Shown here piece by piece: positions 1-11,525 of a stretch of DNA of 64,000 bases; within the stretch, counting starts at the first letter, position 1, and each line of letters starts with the position of its first letter. The DNA lies in NCBI GenBank assembly GCA_003693705.1, contig RBZT01000789.1, positions 16,880 to 80,879 on the forward strand, in the 5' to 3' direction. A program made the position numbers and the translations under genes. Source of the stretch: Polymyxa betae A26-41. Taxonomy: Eukaryota; Protista; Endomyxa: Phytomyxea. The notes beneath the pieces are model-generated. The model was not told the DNA's origin, ran no database searches, and saw only the letters and a list, made by a program, of their open reading frames with translations.

Positions 1-133
1 TTACATCGACGGAACACTAATTTGTCTGACACGATCGTAGTTCTTTTAACCCAGTACAAGCTACAACATTTCCGAATCCACAATGTAAAATTCCCAGTTA
101 AATATATTACGATCGTCTGTATTGTGCATAAGT

Positions 134-1615
134 TCAGCTACTGTATACTCCTGGAAAGATCTGACTTAGTGTTTCGGCGATATCATGGGCCGAAACGCCG
201 CGTTCCAGCATTTTCTTGCTCAGCTCGAGTTTGGCTTGAATTTCCGCTTCATTGACCTTCAGCCGCAACCGTTCAATTTCCAGTTCGCGAGCCTTCAAGC
301 TTGATGCATCTTCCTTCATCGGAATCATAGCCGGAACAGCGGCAGGAATAGGAATCGGGGTTGATGCAGAAGAAACTATCCTCATTTCGTCCAAAGACAC
401 TTGTCGGCCTGCCAGTGCCGCTTGATACTCTGATGATACTTCCTCGCCGACAGCATCATAGTCGTCCTGGCCCATGGGCGGCATGACACTACCCCGTTTA
501 CCATTTGAGCTGCGGTCTCGGCGATCTCTGATTCTTGATTTCTTGGAAGGTGGCTGAGTGCGAGGCGGCGGCGGGACCGGACGTTTTACAGTCGATCTAA
601 CCTGAGACGACGCTACCGTCTTCTCAGCTGCTGCCTTCTGCATCTTGGCCGATGACTTCTTTAAATGGGACAGCTTCCTTGCCCATATATCTTCCAGCTG
701 TGTGGCCGCTTCATAAACATCCGATTCAGGGTCGTTGAACAGTTTTGCATTGTCCCACACGAGCTGAACATCGCTTTCGAAAGCTTCAAACGATTCATAT
801 TGTTCAGCACCGAGCTTCGAGTGTATAGTGCCCAAATCCATCGGAGTCTTGACGATCTGTGGATATTCGGGAATCTCTAAGACAACCCAATCAACAGGGG
901 ATCGAAAAATTTCTCCATGCCGATTAGCCATTAAGCTTTCAATAACACGTTGGCAGGCCTTAATAGGAACCGGAAATGGAGTTGTTGTTGACGGTTGTGT
1001 CTCGTCAGTTTGCAGTGGTGATTGAGCAGGAGCCGGTGCCCAGGCTGGATCAACCGTCATTGACTGGGAGGCTACAGGAGCACTCGTTAGGGCAGTCAAC
1101 CGAGCGAACAGATCAGCACGATCAGATTCGACAACGTTGTTGGCGCCCATCTGAGCAATGTAATCGGCCTGTAATTGCTCCAGAAGCGCCTGCGCTTCTG
1201 TAGAGTCAACGCCAAGATAACGGGCGACCCCCTGGACTAGGCCGCGTTTCGCCTCGCCTGCCAGGAACGCCCTGACGTCGTGATCGTGCTGTTCTAGGTA
1301 GTCGATGATCTGGGCGTTATAGTCTGGCGGCCCCTCAGAGGTGGATGGAGATCCGACTATAGGCTGGGCGGGAGAGGACTCGACCAGCATGGGGTCGTTG
1401 GGTATAGTGATGGGGTCTAAAGGTGGCCTTTCTATAGTCTGGGCCTGTCTGGCTGTACCGATGAAATGATGGATCACCCAGAGACAACAATCGTCTGATG
1501 ATGGTCGGATACAGAGTTGGTCCGAAACGCTCTTCTCTCTATCCGCGGGTCTTACTCTCGTTGATGAAATCATCGAACATTTCTTCGTTTCATTCCAGCA
1601 ATGGCCCTGCTTCAC
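134..1615 (-). CDS. Bromodomain-containing protein (single bromodomain, C-terminal coiled coil)
   Basis: HGEIFRSPVDW..IPEYPQIVKTPMDLGTI..KL...FESDVQLVWDNAKLFN is a canonical bromodomain; long uninterrupted ORF; true start may be the ATG at ~1390. Confidence 0.9.
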   Translation of the reverse strand: MKQGHCWNETKKCSMISSTRVRPADREKSVSDQLCIRPSSDDCCLWVIHHFIGTARQAQTIERPPLDPITIPNDPMLVESSPAQPIVGSPSTSEGPPDYNAQIIDYLEQHDHDVRAFLAGEAKRGLVQGVARYLGVDSTEAQALLEQLQADYIAQMGANNVVESDRADLFARLTALTSAPVASQSMTVDPAWAPAPAQSPLQTDETQPSTTTPFPVPIKACQRVIESLMANRHGEIFRSPVDWVVLEIPEYPQIVKTPMDLGTIHSKLGAEQYESFEAFESDVQLVWDNAKLFNDPESDVYEAATQLEDIWARKLSHLKKSSAKMQKAAAEKTVASSQVRSTVKRPVPPPPRTQPPSKKSRIRDRRDRSSNGKRGSVMPPMGQDDYDAVGEEVSSEYQAALAGRQVSLDEMRIVSSASTPIPIPAAVPAMIPMKEDASSLKARELEIERLRLKVNEAEIQAKLELSKKMLERGVSAHDIAETLSQIFPGVYSS

Positions 1616-2095
1616 GTTATGTACATTGGTAGCCGCCCCGCTAGTTAATCTTTACAATCGACCCGATGCAGCTGTTGATTACAGTGGATTAGGCCTTCTT
1701 GCTTCAGATGTGGCTAGATTAGAAGGCACTTTTTATCTGGGAAACGATTGGATACAATTGGCGAGGCTGTACTCACTGTTAATAACGTCAGAGACTAGTC
1801 TAATGCTCTAACCTGAAACCCTAACAACCCCAGCAACAGCAGTATGGCTCACCGTGATTTCCTAATCACGCTTTTGCTTAGAACAGACTTTTTAGTTTGG
1901 AAAGTAAAGGGAGATTCAGCAAACGAGCGGATTAGGAAGCGTCATTAAGCGACTACTTTTTGTCGATTTCAAAAAGACTACTTGGAAGAAGGAATATTGT
2001 GGTAAACTGGTAGTACCAAAAAGTTTTTACCAAAATGCTTTTTTTCACAATTGGTTTCTATCTGGAAGAGCGGCAGATTTGGAATAAATTACAGA

Positions 2096-3449
2096 TTAAA
2101 GAGAACTCCTCGGTGAAAGCTTATCTTGCTGGAGCATCGGCAATAGAGCCAATAGTGCAGGCAGAGGATACTTCCTGATGATGGCAACGAGGATTATGAA
2201 ATAGAGAAATGTTGGAACAGGAATAGGAAGAGCTGCGAGCGTTGCTGATGACTCCAGCTGGCTTAAAGCGTGCCGAGCTCGGTCTCGGAAGACATCAGGA
2301 ACGAAACGAATAAGGGCTGCCCTGATTAAAAACGTGGCTGAATTCCAGACATCGGCATCAGCTGGGTCAATGGCATCATCTGCCTCTTCTGTAGTGGAGC
2401 AGTCAGGCAATACAACCTACATTTACAACTGACATTAGATAGAGCGAAATTTAAATACAAATCATAACTTGGCTTTTGGATAACCTTATCAATAAAAGAA
2501 AGACGAGCAAATTCGAATACTAAAATTTCGGAATCTTTCTGCAAGAGATAACATTTCTTTCAAAGTCGAAACTCATTCACCTTTTGAAGAAGGTCGGGGC
2601 GCTCTCGATGAATTCTTATGAAATCATGTATGGAGGCGGACCCGAAAGCGCCCTGATCAGCAGGAAGGCCCGATTCACGAAGATATGCACCGAACGTGGC
2701 GCTGCTCTGAGCCAGGGCCTGCATCAGTGCCTGGCTGCATATCAGGGCCCTGGTCTGATCGGCATCTTGTGAAATCGACGGCAGTCGAATGCCGAAATGA
2801 CGCTGCAGCGTCAGCCTAGCTGCAAGTTCAGCAACAAGATGAGCCACGTATTAATAAATGCTCATACCTGGCGATGAGCTCAAACACCTGCAGCAAATTG
2901 TAATCACGCCCAATAAACGACTTCAGTTTGGCAAGGAAGGCGGCACGCTCGTCGTCTGTTAGAACTGGTCGTAAAACCTAGACGAAATTGTCAAAGGCCA
3001 TGATTCAATTGAAGAATAGAAGGCCAACCAAAGGCGTCCGCGATTGGGTCAGGAAGCGTGCGGTTGGTAGTAGGCGAACTTTGTATGGACCGACATGCAG
3101 GGCATGAGTGTCGTCAACAACGGCCGCCTGGGGTCATGGGGTCAGTAATGGGGTCATGGTTGAGCTCATACTGGCACCCGACAATGTGATCATATTGATG
3201 TTTAGTGAGAGTCCGGGCGAACCGGTACAGGGCGCCCGGCGTCGAGACCAGGATCAGGTCGCCCGGGGCCAGCAACGGCAGCAGGGTCTGGTCGGCGCGC
3301 TGCTCGTCGGCCGTAAACCCATCATGATCGACAGCCAAGCTCTGTGGCGCCACGATTCGGACGACGGCATGGGTGAGGTCGTGCAGGTCCAGGTTCGGCA
3401 TGACCAACGGGGCGAGTACAAATCGGCACGGAGTGGCGTACGGCTGCAT
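2096..3449 (-). CDS. Permuted papain-like NlpC/P60 (YiiX/YaeF-type) protein, multi-exon
   Basis: Spliced reading gives PGDLILVSTPG...YDHIAAVVD...VLRP...GRDYN...LICSQALMQAL (His before Cys, the permuted order); GT-AG introns of ~50 nt restore the frame. Confidence 0.7.
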
Positions 3450-3744
3450 TGCACTCGTGAGAAAGCGACTTCTGGGCCGGTTTCCGAAGCGTTTCCGTCA
3501 TGCGTCCCATGAAGGCAGCTAAGAGATATTGTATTGAAGTTCTTAGTGAGACGACGAAAACATTTCCAAGCCAGCGCTGGTGGACGACGCCCGAACGGCG
3601 CCTGTCGGCACGAACTGATAAGGCGACGGAGAGCAGGGTTTAGGGTTGCTCGTTTTTCGACTGGTCGATTTGAGTCGAAAACGTGGAACGCCAAACAGAG
3701 TCTATTCTGCATCCACCAGAGTAGCTACAAGGTGTATGATACCG

Positions 3745-5669
3745 TCATGAGTGAGTCGAAGTTAGCGAAAAGCCGACAGAATCCGCCCAAGACGTGCCCT
3801 GAATTGCGTCGCAAACGAGATTTAATGCCGAGGGTAAAATACCGACGTTTTCGGCGATCTTCTGCAGATGGCTTAGGGCTTTGTTATCTGCTGGAAGCAA
3901 GTTCCAACGAAGGTCGATGAAACTGATCCAAACGCTTGTTGACGGTTCTATAGGGAAATTTACCGAGGTGATGCGATTAGAAGAAAGATCAAGGCGTTGG
4001 AAAGGGCGACGAAGTTGCTGAATGAGATGAGTTAATAACGGCAACGCTGCGTCACCGAGATTATTATGAGACAGGTTCAGGTCGGTAATCTGAGATGATG
4101 CGATTGTATCCATGAACGCGACCTGAGGAATGAATCCACAGCCAGATAATGAAAGTCGTTGTAAAGAGCGAAACAAGCGAAGCAATAGCGAATGTAAAAT
4201 TGGAGAGCAATCGCTACGCAGGCGATTCTGAGAGAGATCCAGGCTGCAAAGCTTGTTCGGAGTCAGATTTCCTAGTACCTAACCAATTTCAGATTATTAC
4301 AGAGCAACGAACTTTAACGGAAACCAGATCACTGCAGATGCAGGAATTACATCAGCTGAATAATCAACATCAACCGTAACATTTTCCAAATTTACAAAAT
4401 CTGTCATAATGCAGTGCAAAGAACCTTTAAGTATAAAAGATGTGTAATTCAGGCAGAATGACATGAATAACTTTTCACTAAGTTTGGAGGAGAATAATGT
4501 CATCAAATTTGGAAACAAAGAAGCGAATCCAGGGCAACCAAAACAAATGACAATACCGATTCGATATTGAGCGCAGTGATATCGCACTGATAAAGCGTAA
4601 GTTCAGTCAAATCTGGAGGAAGTCGGAATCTCCAGGCAGGGAGATTGGCCAGACGCAGCCGACGCAGCCGAGTCATAGAAGAAAGCCCATGTAACATTAC
4701 TTCATGAGTGTCTTCGAAATCCAGCGAGAGCGATACCAGATTTTGAGGTAAAGTTGCCAAGCAATTCGGTGCAGGATTCAACGTCAACGAATCCAAATGA
4801 GCAGCTTTTGACAAAGCATTCGCAAAATCGATTGGCAACATGAGCTCGATTCCCGATTCGTCCAATGTTAAAGATCGCAGCCGTGGAAGAAATCGATGTT
4901 TAAGGTTTGACAGCGAGTGATGTCGTAAAGTCGCGTTTGAGATGCGAAGCGATGAAATTTGCTGGGGAATATGATCAATCAAAGTGCAGAAAGCTTTATC
5001 GCTCAAAAGACAATCGGACAGAGATAATTGATGTAGAACAGGCAATGGATTGCACAAGTCGAGGATCTGACAGATACTTTCCAGGTGAACAGCCTTCATC
5101 CATCTGACTCGAGAATCAATGAACAACTTAAAAATTTATCGTAGTGACTTCTAAAACAAATTATAGCGATTTGCGAAAAAGTTAATCAAGCGCAAAGTAG
5201 CTTGATCTTACCGAAATTCCAAGTGGATAAGGTCTTTCAAGCTAGGCAAAAGGCGCTTTGCGGTAGGAAAGCTTGAAAGGTACTGTCCGTGAAGACAAAT
5301 GTGCAAAACTGGAATAGGCAAAATCGCCTGAAGTTCAAGTAACTTGGAAGCATTATCTTCAATAATACACGAAGCGGCTAAAGATTCAAAATAAGTGACG
5401 GCAGCCGATCTATCAGCAGAATCGTCTTTAAGAAATTCGCGCTTCAGGCGTTGACGCCAAATCTCAGAAAGAGATTCGTTATAAAGTGAGATGTGTGCAA
5501 CATCCAGGGTCCGGATTAGCGCCCCAATCGGCATTAGAGCCATCACTCCCGGGTCTAATCGAAATGCTAAAGGCAGCTTTTGAATTACAGATTCGACATT
5601 CTTGGCAGTACAGCACAACGACAGCAATGACGGTACCCTTTGCTGTCGTTTCTGTTGCAAGCAGGCCAT
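3745..5669 (-). CDS. Leucine-rich-repeat protein with N-terminal BC-box-like motif, multi-exon
   Basis: LxxLxLxxC/N repeats (LHQLSLSDC, LRSLTLDES, LQRLSLSGC, ITDLNLSHN, FQRLDLSSN) across four same-strand ORFs; VPSLLSLC near the N-terminus. Confidence 0.75.
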
Positions 5670-5882
5670 GTGGATCCTCGACGACCATCAATGCGAGAAA
5701 TTGCGCTGGATGATTGATGAATCCTCAAAAAAGATCAGCTGACAATATTGAGAAATGTGCTGAAAAATACCGTAAAAAATGTTTTCACGAAAGAGAATTT
5801 TTATAAAATGCGCGCGGCCCACCTTTCAATAGGCTTGCATCTAGCGTCTGGTTGACAGTTCATTTCGTTTCCATTCGCACTC

Positions 5883-7649
5883 ATGAGCGATCCGGAATCA
5901 TCCGATCGTCGTGGGACGCGTCGGCAGCGATCCCGTTCTCGTTCCCGCTCGCCTCGGCGCCACAGCGAGGACCACCATCATGATATTCTGGTCGTGAAGG
6001 GCTTGCCGAAAACTGCTACCGAATCCATGATCAAGCGAGCATTCTCCGATTATGGAGATGTTAAGCGAATCAGCATCATCACTGATGAGGTTCAGGATGT
6101 TGACTATTATCATATATCTGCAGTCTTTCTTATCTCGGTTAGGTTACTAAGCAAAGTATCGGCGTCGCTTATGTGAAATTCTGGTCCGGCCGCGACGCCG
6201 CTTCAGCCTATGACGCCTGCAACGACGAATATAGTCATGTCTATGTCGATTCTCATAAGATATCGTCGACATGGGCCAAAAAGGACTCGTCATCATCTTC
6301 CTCTCACTACCGCTCGTCGCCCTCCATCTCGATGAGTGAGATTCAGCAGCAAATTGATTGGGCCACCGCAAACGCTCAGAAATCCCACCACGCTAATGCA
6401 CAGGGCCTGAACGGATTCGTTCTGGACCCTTCATCTGGTTACTATTATCATGCCCAATCGCAAGTCTATTACGACCCGAAATCGCAACTGTTCTACAATT
6501 GCTCAACCCAAGCGTACTATCGCTGGGATTCTAAAACCAACTCTTACGTTGCCGCTGACGTCTCGTCGTGCAATCAGAATTCATCTGTTACAACCGCCAA
6601 TCCGACTGATGCCTCCGTTGTCTTGACTGGGGCGCCTACAAGCACACAGCCCGCAGCTGCTTCGTCGATCTCGCCAAATGCATCTTTACAGCCTACACAA
6701 TCGGCAACGGCCCCGGCACAATCTACTCCATCAGTCAAGCCTTCCAGCGGCTCTGTGAAGTTCTCCATTCTGGGCAAGAAGCAGTCTAAAGATATGGATC
6801 GATGGAATCGAAAGAAGGTCGAACTAGCCGAAGAAGAATCGAAAGCAGAAGAAGCGAAAGCAGTGACGACCAAGCCTAAATCTACCAATGCAGCAGTGAT
6901 TGATTCCAACAATCATCAAGGCGGCATTCGTCCTCGTCTGTATGTATCATATGACAAGCTCGCATGCCTGCTCTGTCAGCGAAAGTTTAAGGATGAACGT
7001 CACCTGTCAAGGCATGAGTTGAGCTCTGAGCTGCATAAGCAAAACCTCAGCTTGGACGAATACGAACAAGTTCAAAGGCTTGAGAAGAGCGCCGCGTCGC
7101 TGGGCATCGAACTACAAGCCAAGACCGGTGGTCCGCCTCCTGCTAAAAAGAAACATTCGCAAGCTCCTAAACGGTCGGGTTTTCTTTCAAATGGCATTGC
7201 ATTATGTAACCTGAGTTACACAGTCCAAATGTGGCGGTGCCGCTGCCAGCCGCTGCTCCTGTTGCTGAGCCAGAACCTGAGCCTTTTAACGAGTCGAATA
7301 TCGGAAATCGACTTTTGCAATCAATGGGGTGGAAACAGGGTGAAGGCCTAGGCAAGGACGGGACCGGTATTACTGAGAACGTGACGGTATTGTTTCGCGA
7401 TTTTTACCGGCGTCAATCGGCGGCTGTTGTTGCATAGCCAGTTTGCTAAGTGGGCGATTTCTTCGCCGTCTTCAGGCTCAAATTCGGACCGAACGCGCTG
7501 GGCTGGGGTGTAATCCGACTCCGACGTCTTTCGAAATCGTCGCCGGCGACAACCAGAAAGTGATCGCTGCCAAAATCGCTAGGGCTCGCTATGAATCTGC
7601 TTCGGCTTCTGCTCTGGTGTCCCAAAGCCGGTACAATCTGCAAGTTTGA
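5883..7649 (+). CDS. RBM5: RBM5/RBM10/SUA-like splicing factor (RS region, RRM, OCRE, C2H2 ZnF, G-patch)
   Basis: RSRSRSP; RRM (LVVKGLP...); OCRE (GFVLDPSSGYYY..YYDPKSQLFY); ACLLCQRKF..H..H; G-patch NIGNRLLQSMGWKQGEGLGKDGTGI; C-terminal ARARYE. Confidence 0.9.
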
Positions 7650-8325
7650 TAATTGAGTTACCACGATCTCATTTTGTTCAGGCGGTAAAACGTTGTCTAT
7701 CGGGCGTCAATTCGTCAGCCATGTACGGTTTCTTTAGATTGTGATCCAGCTCGGATCATGAAGCTAAATTGTTCACGTCCTTCCATCTGCGTTTTCGTTG
7801 ATTCGGTTTTACTTGCGCAGGTCATTGCATCATCAATTCCGCTTTCTGCAGTTCTCTCTCTATTGCGATCCAGGCGCAGTTGATGTCGCATTGTGGTTCC
7901 GATCGATATGCGATAGTTAATATTTATTGTAAACGTGTATAAAATTTATCTGGTTCCATTCTGGATTGATGATATGAAATGCCATATCGAATTCTATAGT
8001 GAAGGGACAGATCTACCCTGAGCAGAATGTGGTATAAGAATCGTTGGAATTGTGCTTAAAAGAATACATTGACAGAAAATTGAACGATATTAACTAGAAC
8101 CGAAAAGCATGCAATTAGATATTCACAATTGTATTAAACAGGATGGAGGTAACCAAGGTGTGAAACACTAAAAAGCAATATCATAATCTATAAATGTAGT
8201 ACCACAGTCCATTGCGATCCTTGCTTAAGATATTATCACAGCTGTTATAGCGCGAATGGGAAATGAAACCCCGGCTTGAATGGAACGCCATCGCCCTGAA
8301 TCTGACAGATCAGCAATCCTACCAA

Positions 8326-9435
8326 CTACATATTACCACCATCCCGAACCTGTTCAATTATCCCTTGGTGGAGATTCTCTCCATTCGAGTTGATGGTGGG
8401 TAACGCGCACCCAGCATTCGAGATCTCGGCCTTCTGCCGCTTCGTATCAAGTATCCTCAGCTGTAGCCATAATGTCAACGATCAGTATAGACCAGCAATA
8501 CTGCTTACATCTAGTTCCGATCCCCGACGCTTGCCACCCGAAGTCAGCGGGAACTCGTCGTAATTCCAGGAATCGAGAATGCCTTCGTCCATCATCCGCT
8601 ATAATACTGAATTAGCGAACCAGAGGAACGACATCGTCTATGGCATACCTCGACGACATTCCTGCCGAGATCGTAACAGTTGGCGTCGGCGTTCGAGGGC
8701 ATCATGAAGGCTGCCTCGTCAATCTCAAACGGCATGTAGTTATAGGCGTCATAGAACATGACATCATCGTTATTGTTCGGCATCATATTCATGTCCGGCC
8801 TGCTCGTTGAAGGCACGCCGTTGTCGCCTAAGCTGATGGCTTTCAGTTCGGGTATGACCTCCATATTCAGGTCGGGAAGGGCAGGTTTCGACAGCGGGGC
8901 GGGTACGGCGGCAATGGGAGGCGGGACGGCCGCGCTGTAATCAACGCATTGGAGAATGCTGCAGTCGGGCTCGGCGTAGAAATTGTTGATGTTGTACATC
9001 TCGTCGTCGACGATCCCGAAGGCCATCGACGTGCCTGTGTCATCCTCGCAGGTGACATCGGAGGCGATGCACGACTCGGCGTCCATGCTCCTGTCCCAGG
9101 CAGCGATTTTTTTCTTGGGCGAAAATACCGAAGATGGTGAGCCGACGCTGCCGATAGACTCGGTTGGCGATTGCGGCTGCGGAGCCATCTACACAGACAA
9201 CGATTCAGAAAGCGACGAAAACACGAAATCCGTTCGGACGTACCTGGAGCTCCGTATTGGGTTGGGGCGAGTACGTTGGCATTGGATACTGATACTGGCC
9301 CGGCCATAGGAACTGGGCGTGGGCGGCGGCCTCGGTCGGGAACGGATATAGGTCCGGGGCGCAGAGCGGGTTGATGTTTAGGTTGGCGGCTCGGGCGCCA
9401 GATAGGATAGCGGCCAAGACAATGCCGAAGGCCAT
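8326..9435 (-). CDS. Secreted hypothetical protein (signal peptide, acidic tracts, bipartite NLS), 4 exons
   Basis: MAFGIVLAAILSGARA signal; GT-AG introns 9189-9243, 8599-8648 and 8461-8508 give a continuous frame ending ...VRDGGNM*. Confidence 0.65.
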
Positions 9436-10030
9436 TAGTAGCAGGTGTGAGATCGTCCTGGCTGGGTTTGGATTGACAGATTTGGGGATTGCGCAGGGCT
9501 TTGGATGACGGAGACCTGATCGATCACGGCAATCGGAAGGGCCGCGCCGTCCTGTCAGTAATGACCTTTCGGGCGCAGCCCGGCCCGGATCTACTGCAAT
9601 CAGTGCAATGTGAAAAAAAGAATTTGTCGCGGCCTCCTCCATTTTGCAGCAATCAGGATCTCTTAATGACCTCTAACATTGTTAGGCTCCCGATACAGAA
9701 TTTCTTTCACCAAGCAGCTTTGTTCTACGGAAACGTCTCTTCAGTTGCATTAGGTCGATGAAGACGTGCTTAGAAACATTCGAGCAAACGGCAGAGGTTA
9801 GATTGATATCGATACCGAGCTGTGGTTGTTCTGATCAAATTCGCATTCAGCTTCTTATCTCTGAACAATTCCTCTTCAGGACAAAGATTTCTAGCTCAGA
9901 TTGGCAGCCATTGTAACCATCAATCGCTCTCCGATCACGCCGTTGGTTGCCGTATTCGAGCGTTTCGATTGCCGTTCGCCGACATCGTGACCGAACCCCC
10001 GTCGTCCGAACATGACGGATTCATTCGATC

Positions 10031-10453
10031 ATGTCCCGCAACCGATTCGCTCTCGGTCTGGCCCTGCTGGCCGTACTGGCCCTGGGTTCGCAACACGACC
10101 AGGACGTGCCGGATAACGACGACGTCGTCGCCGCCGAACCGGCCACGACGCCGGCGCCGTGCTCGTGCTCGGCGCCCGGCACCGGCAGCAGCCTGAAAAC
10201 GTTCGGCGGCCACGGGCCAGTATCACCGGCAGACAACGGGAAATCCTTCAGCGGACTGTCGGACGGTTATGGAGTTCACCCTCGAGGATATCATCGCTGG
10301 GGCGGCGGCGGCCCCTCTCATCTCCAGCATGGTCGATGGCGCTGTTTCCGTCGCTGTATGCGCTTCTGTTGGAATTGGTGCCGTTATAAAGGCCATTGGA
10401 GCTGGTGCCAGTATCATTGCCCATATCGATGTCAGCGATCGTGCTTCTGGTGA
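10031..10453 (+). CDS. Small secreted cysteine-rich protein, 4+4 CxxxC hairpin family member 1 (8-aa loop)
   Basis: Signal peptide MSRNRFALGLALLAVLALG; C-x3-C-x3-C-x3-C-x8-C-x3-CP-x2-C-x3-C; AATAAA at ~10495. Confidence 0.85.
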   Translation: MSRNRFALGLALLAVLALGSQHDQDVPDNDDVVAAEPATTPAPCSCSAPGTGSSLKTFGGHGPVSPADNGKSFSGLSDGYGVHPRGYHRWGGGGPSHLQHGRWRCFRRCMRFCWNWCRYKGHWSWCQYHCPYRCQRSCFW

Positions 10454-10882
10454 TAGGAAGCGATCCCTTCGTCATTGTGCTTTTGCAAATCGATAATAAA
10501 TGTGTTTGATTCGGGATTCTGTTGTCATTCTGTCTCATGACAACAAAGGATGAGAAAAACGCATCCATAGTATTGTTTTATCGCGACTATTTATTAAAAA
10601 ATGTAAGCTTGTATTATACGTATTTATACTTCTTAAAAAGTATATCAAATTGGCAAAAAAATATTTTTGCGTACTGTAACATGAAAACAAATGCTCCTGT
10701 TCCTGATCCATCATCTCAAATTGGCAGTTTTTTATAGGCCCAGGTTTAGGGTTTTGCGATTTGTTCATCCGCCCTGACGATGACGCCCTTTCACAGGTGC
10801 GCCGTCCGATCGCCGAGCCTCGTGGCCGATCTGCATTCGCCGTCCTCGAATTCAACCGACCCGCAACCATCATAACACAATC

Positions 10883-11389
10883 ATGCATCTGACACGCTGT
10901 GCTCTGGTTCTCGGTCTGGTCGTCGTCGGTCTGGCCGTATTGGTCCGCGCCCAGGACGACGCCAACGTCACCGACGTGTCGCCGGCGCCATCACCGGCGC
11001 CCGGATATGCGGCGCAGTACATGCCGGGCGGAGGAGGCGGCGGCGATCGCGGCTCCGACGACGACCAACGCCACGGCGGTAAACGATGCTACAAGCGTTG
11101 TATCCGACGATGCCGGAAGTTCTGCCGGCGCAAGTTTCAGAAGGGCGGCGAACGCAGCGAACGATTCGCGTCCGATGACGACGACGATGACGACCGGCAG
11201 GACAACGATGACGACCGGAAAGGCGACGACGACCGGAAAGGCGACGACGATCAGGACGAAGGCGTAGACCGGGCCGAGTCGTTCTCGGGATCGAAGGGCG
11301 GCGGCCGATACAAGCTGTGTAAGAGGAGATTCTGCCCTCGTCACTGCCGAAAACGATGTTATCGTCAAGATCGTGATGGCGGTTACTGA
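10883..11389 (+). CDS. Small secreted cysteine-rich protein, hairpin family member 2 (long acidic loop)
   Basis: Signal peptide ending VRA|Q; CYKRCIRRCRKFC-[~64 aa D-rich]-CKRRFCPRHCRKRC; AATAAA at ~11415. Confidence 0.85.
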   Translation: MHLTRCALVLGLVVVGLAVLVRAQDDANVTDVSPAPSPAPGYAAQYMPGGGGGGDRGSDDDQRHGGKRCYKRCIRRCRKFCRRKFQKGGERSERFASDDDDDDDRQDNDDDRKGDDDRKGDDDQDEGVDRAESFSGSKGGGRYKLCKRRFCPRHCRKRCYRQDRDGGY

Positions 11390-11438
11390 GCGGGTCTGAG
11401 GACGCCGGTTGTGGAATAAAAAACAGAGTGGAGTCTGC

Positions 11439-11480
11439 TTAGGGTTTTAGGGTTTTCGAACGTCTTAGGGTTTAGGGTTT
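11439..11480 (+). repeat. Short interstitial telomere-like (telo-box-like) repeats
   Basis: TTAGGGTTTTAGGGTTTT (11439-11456) and TTAGGGTTTAGGGTTT (11465-11480) in a 137-bp intergenic gap. Confidence 0.7.
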
Positions 11481-11525
11481 CGTGCCAAGTCGTCTCCGAT
11501 CTGGCTCCGAACGGCCAAAATCGTC

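Noticed and set aside
11439-11480. True telomere or telomere-healing site
   Set aside because: Only four short units inside a gene cluster
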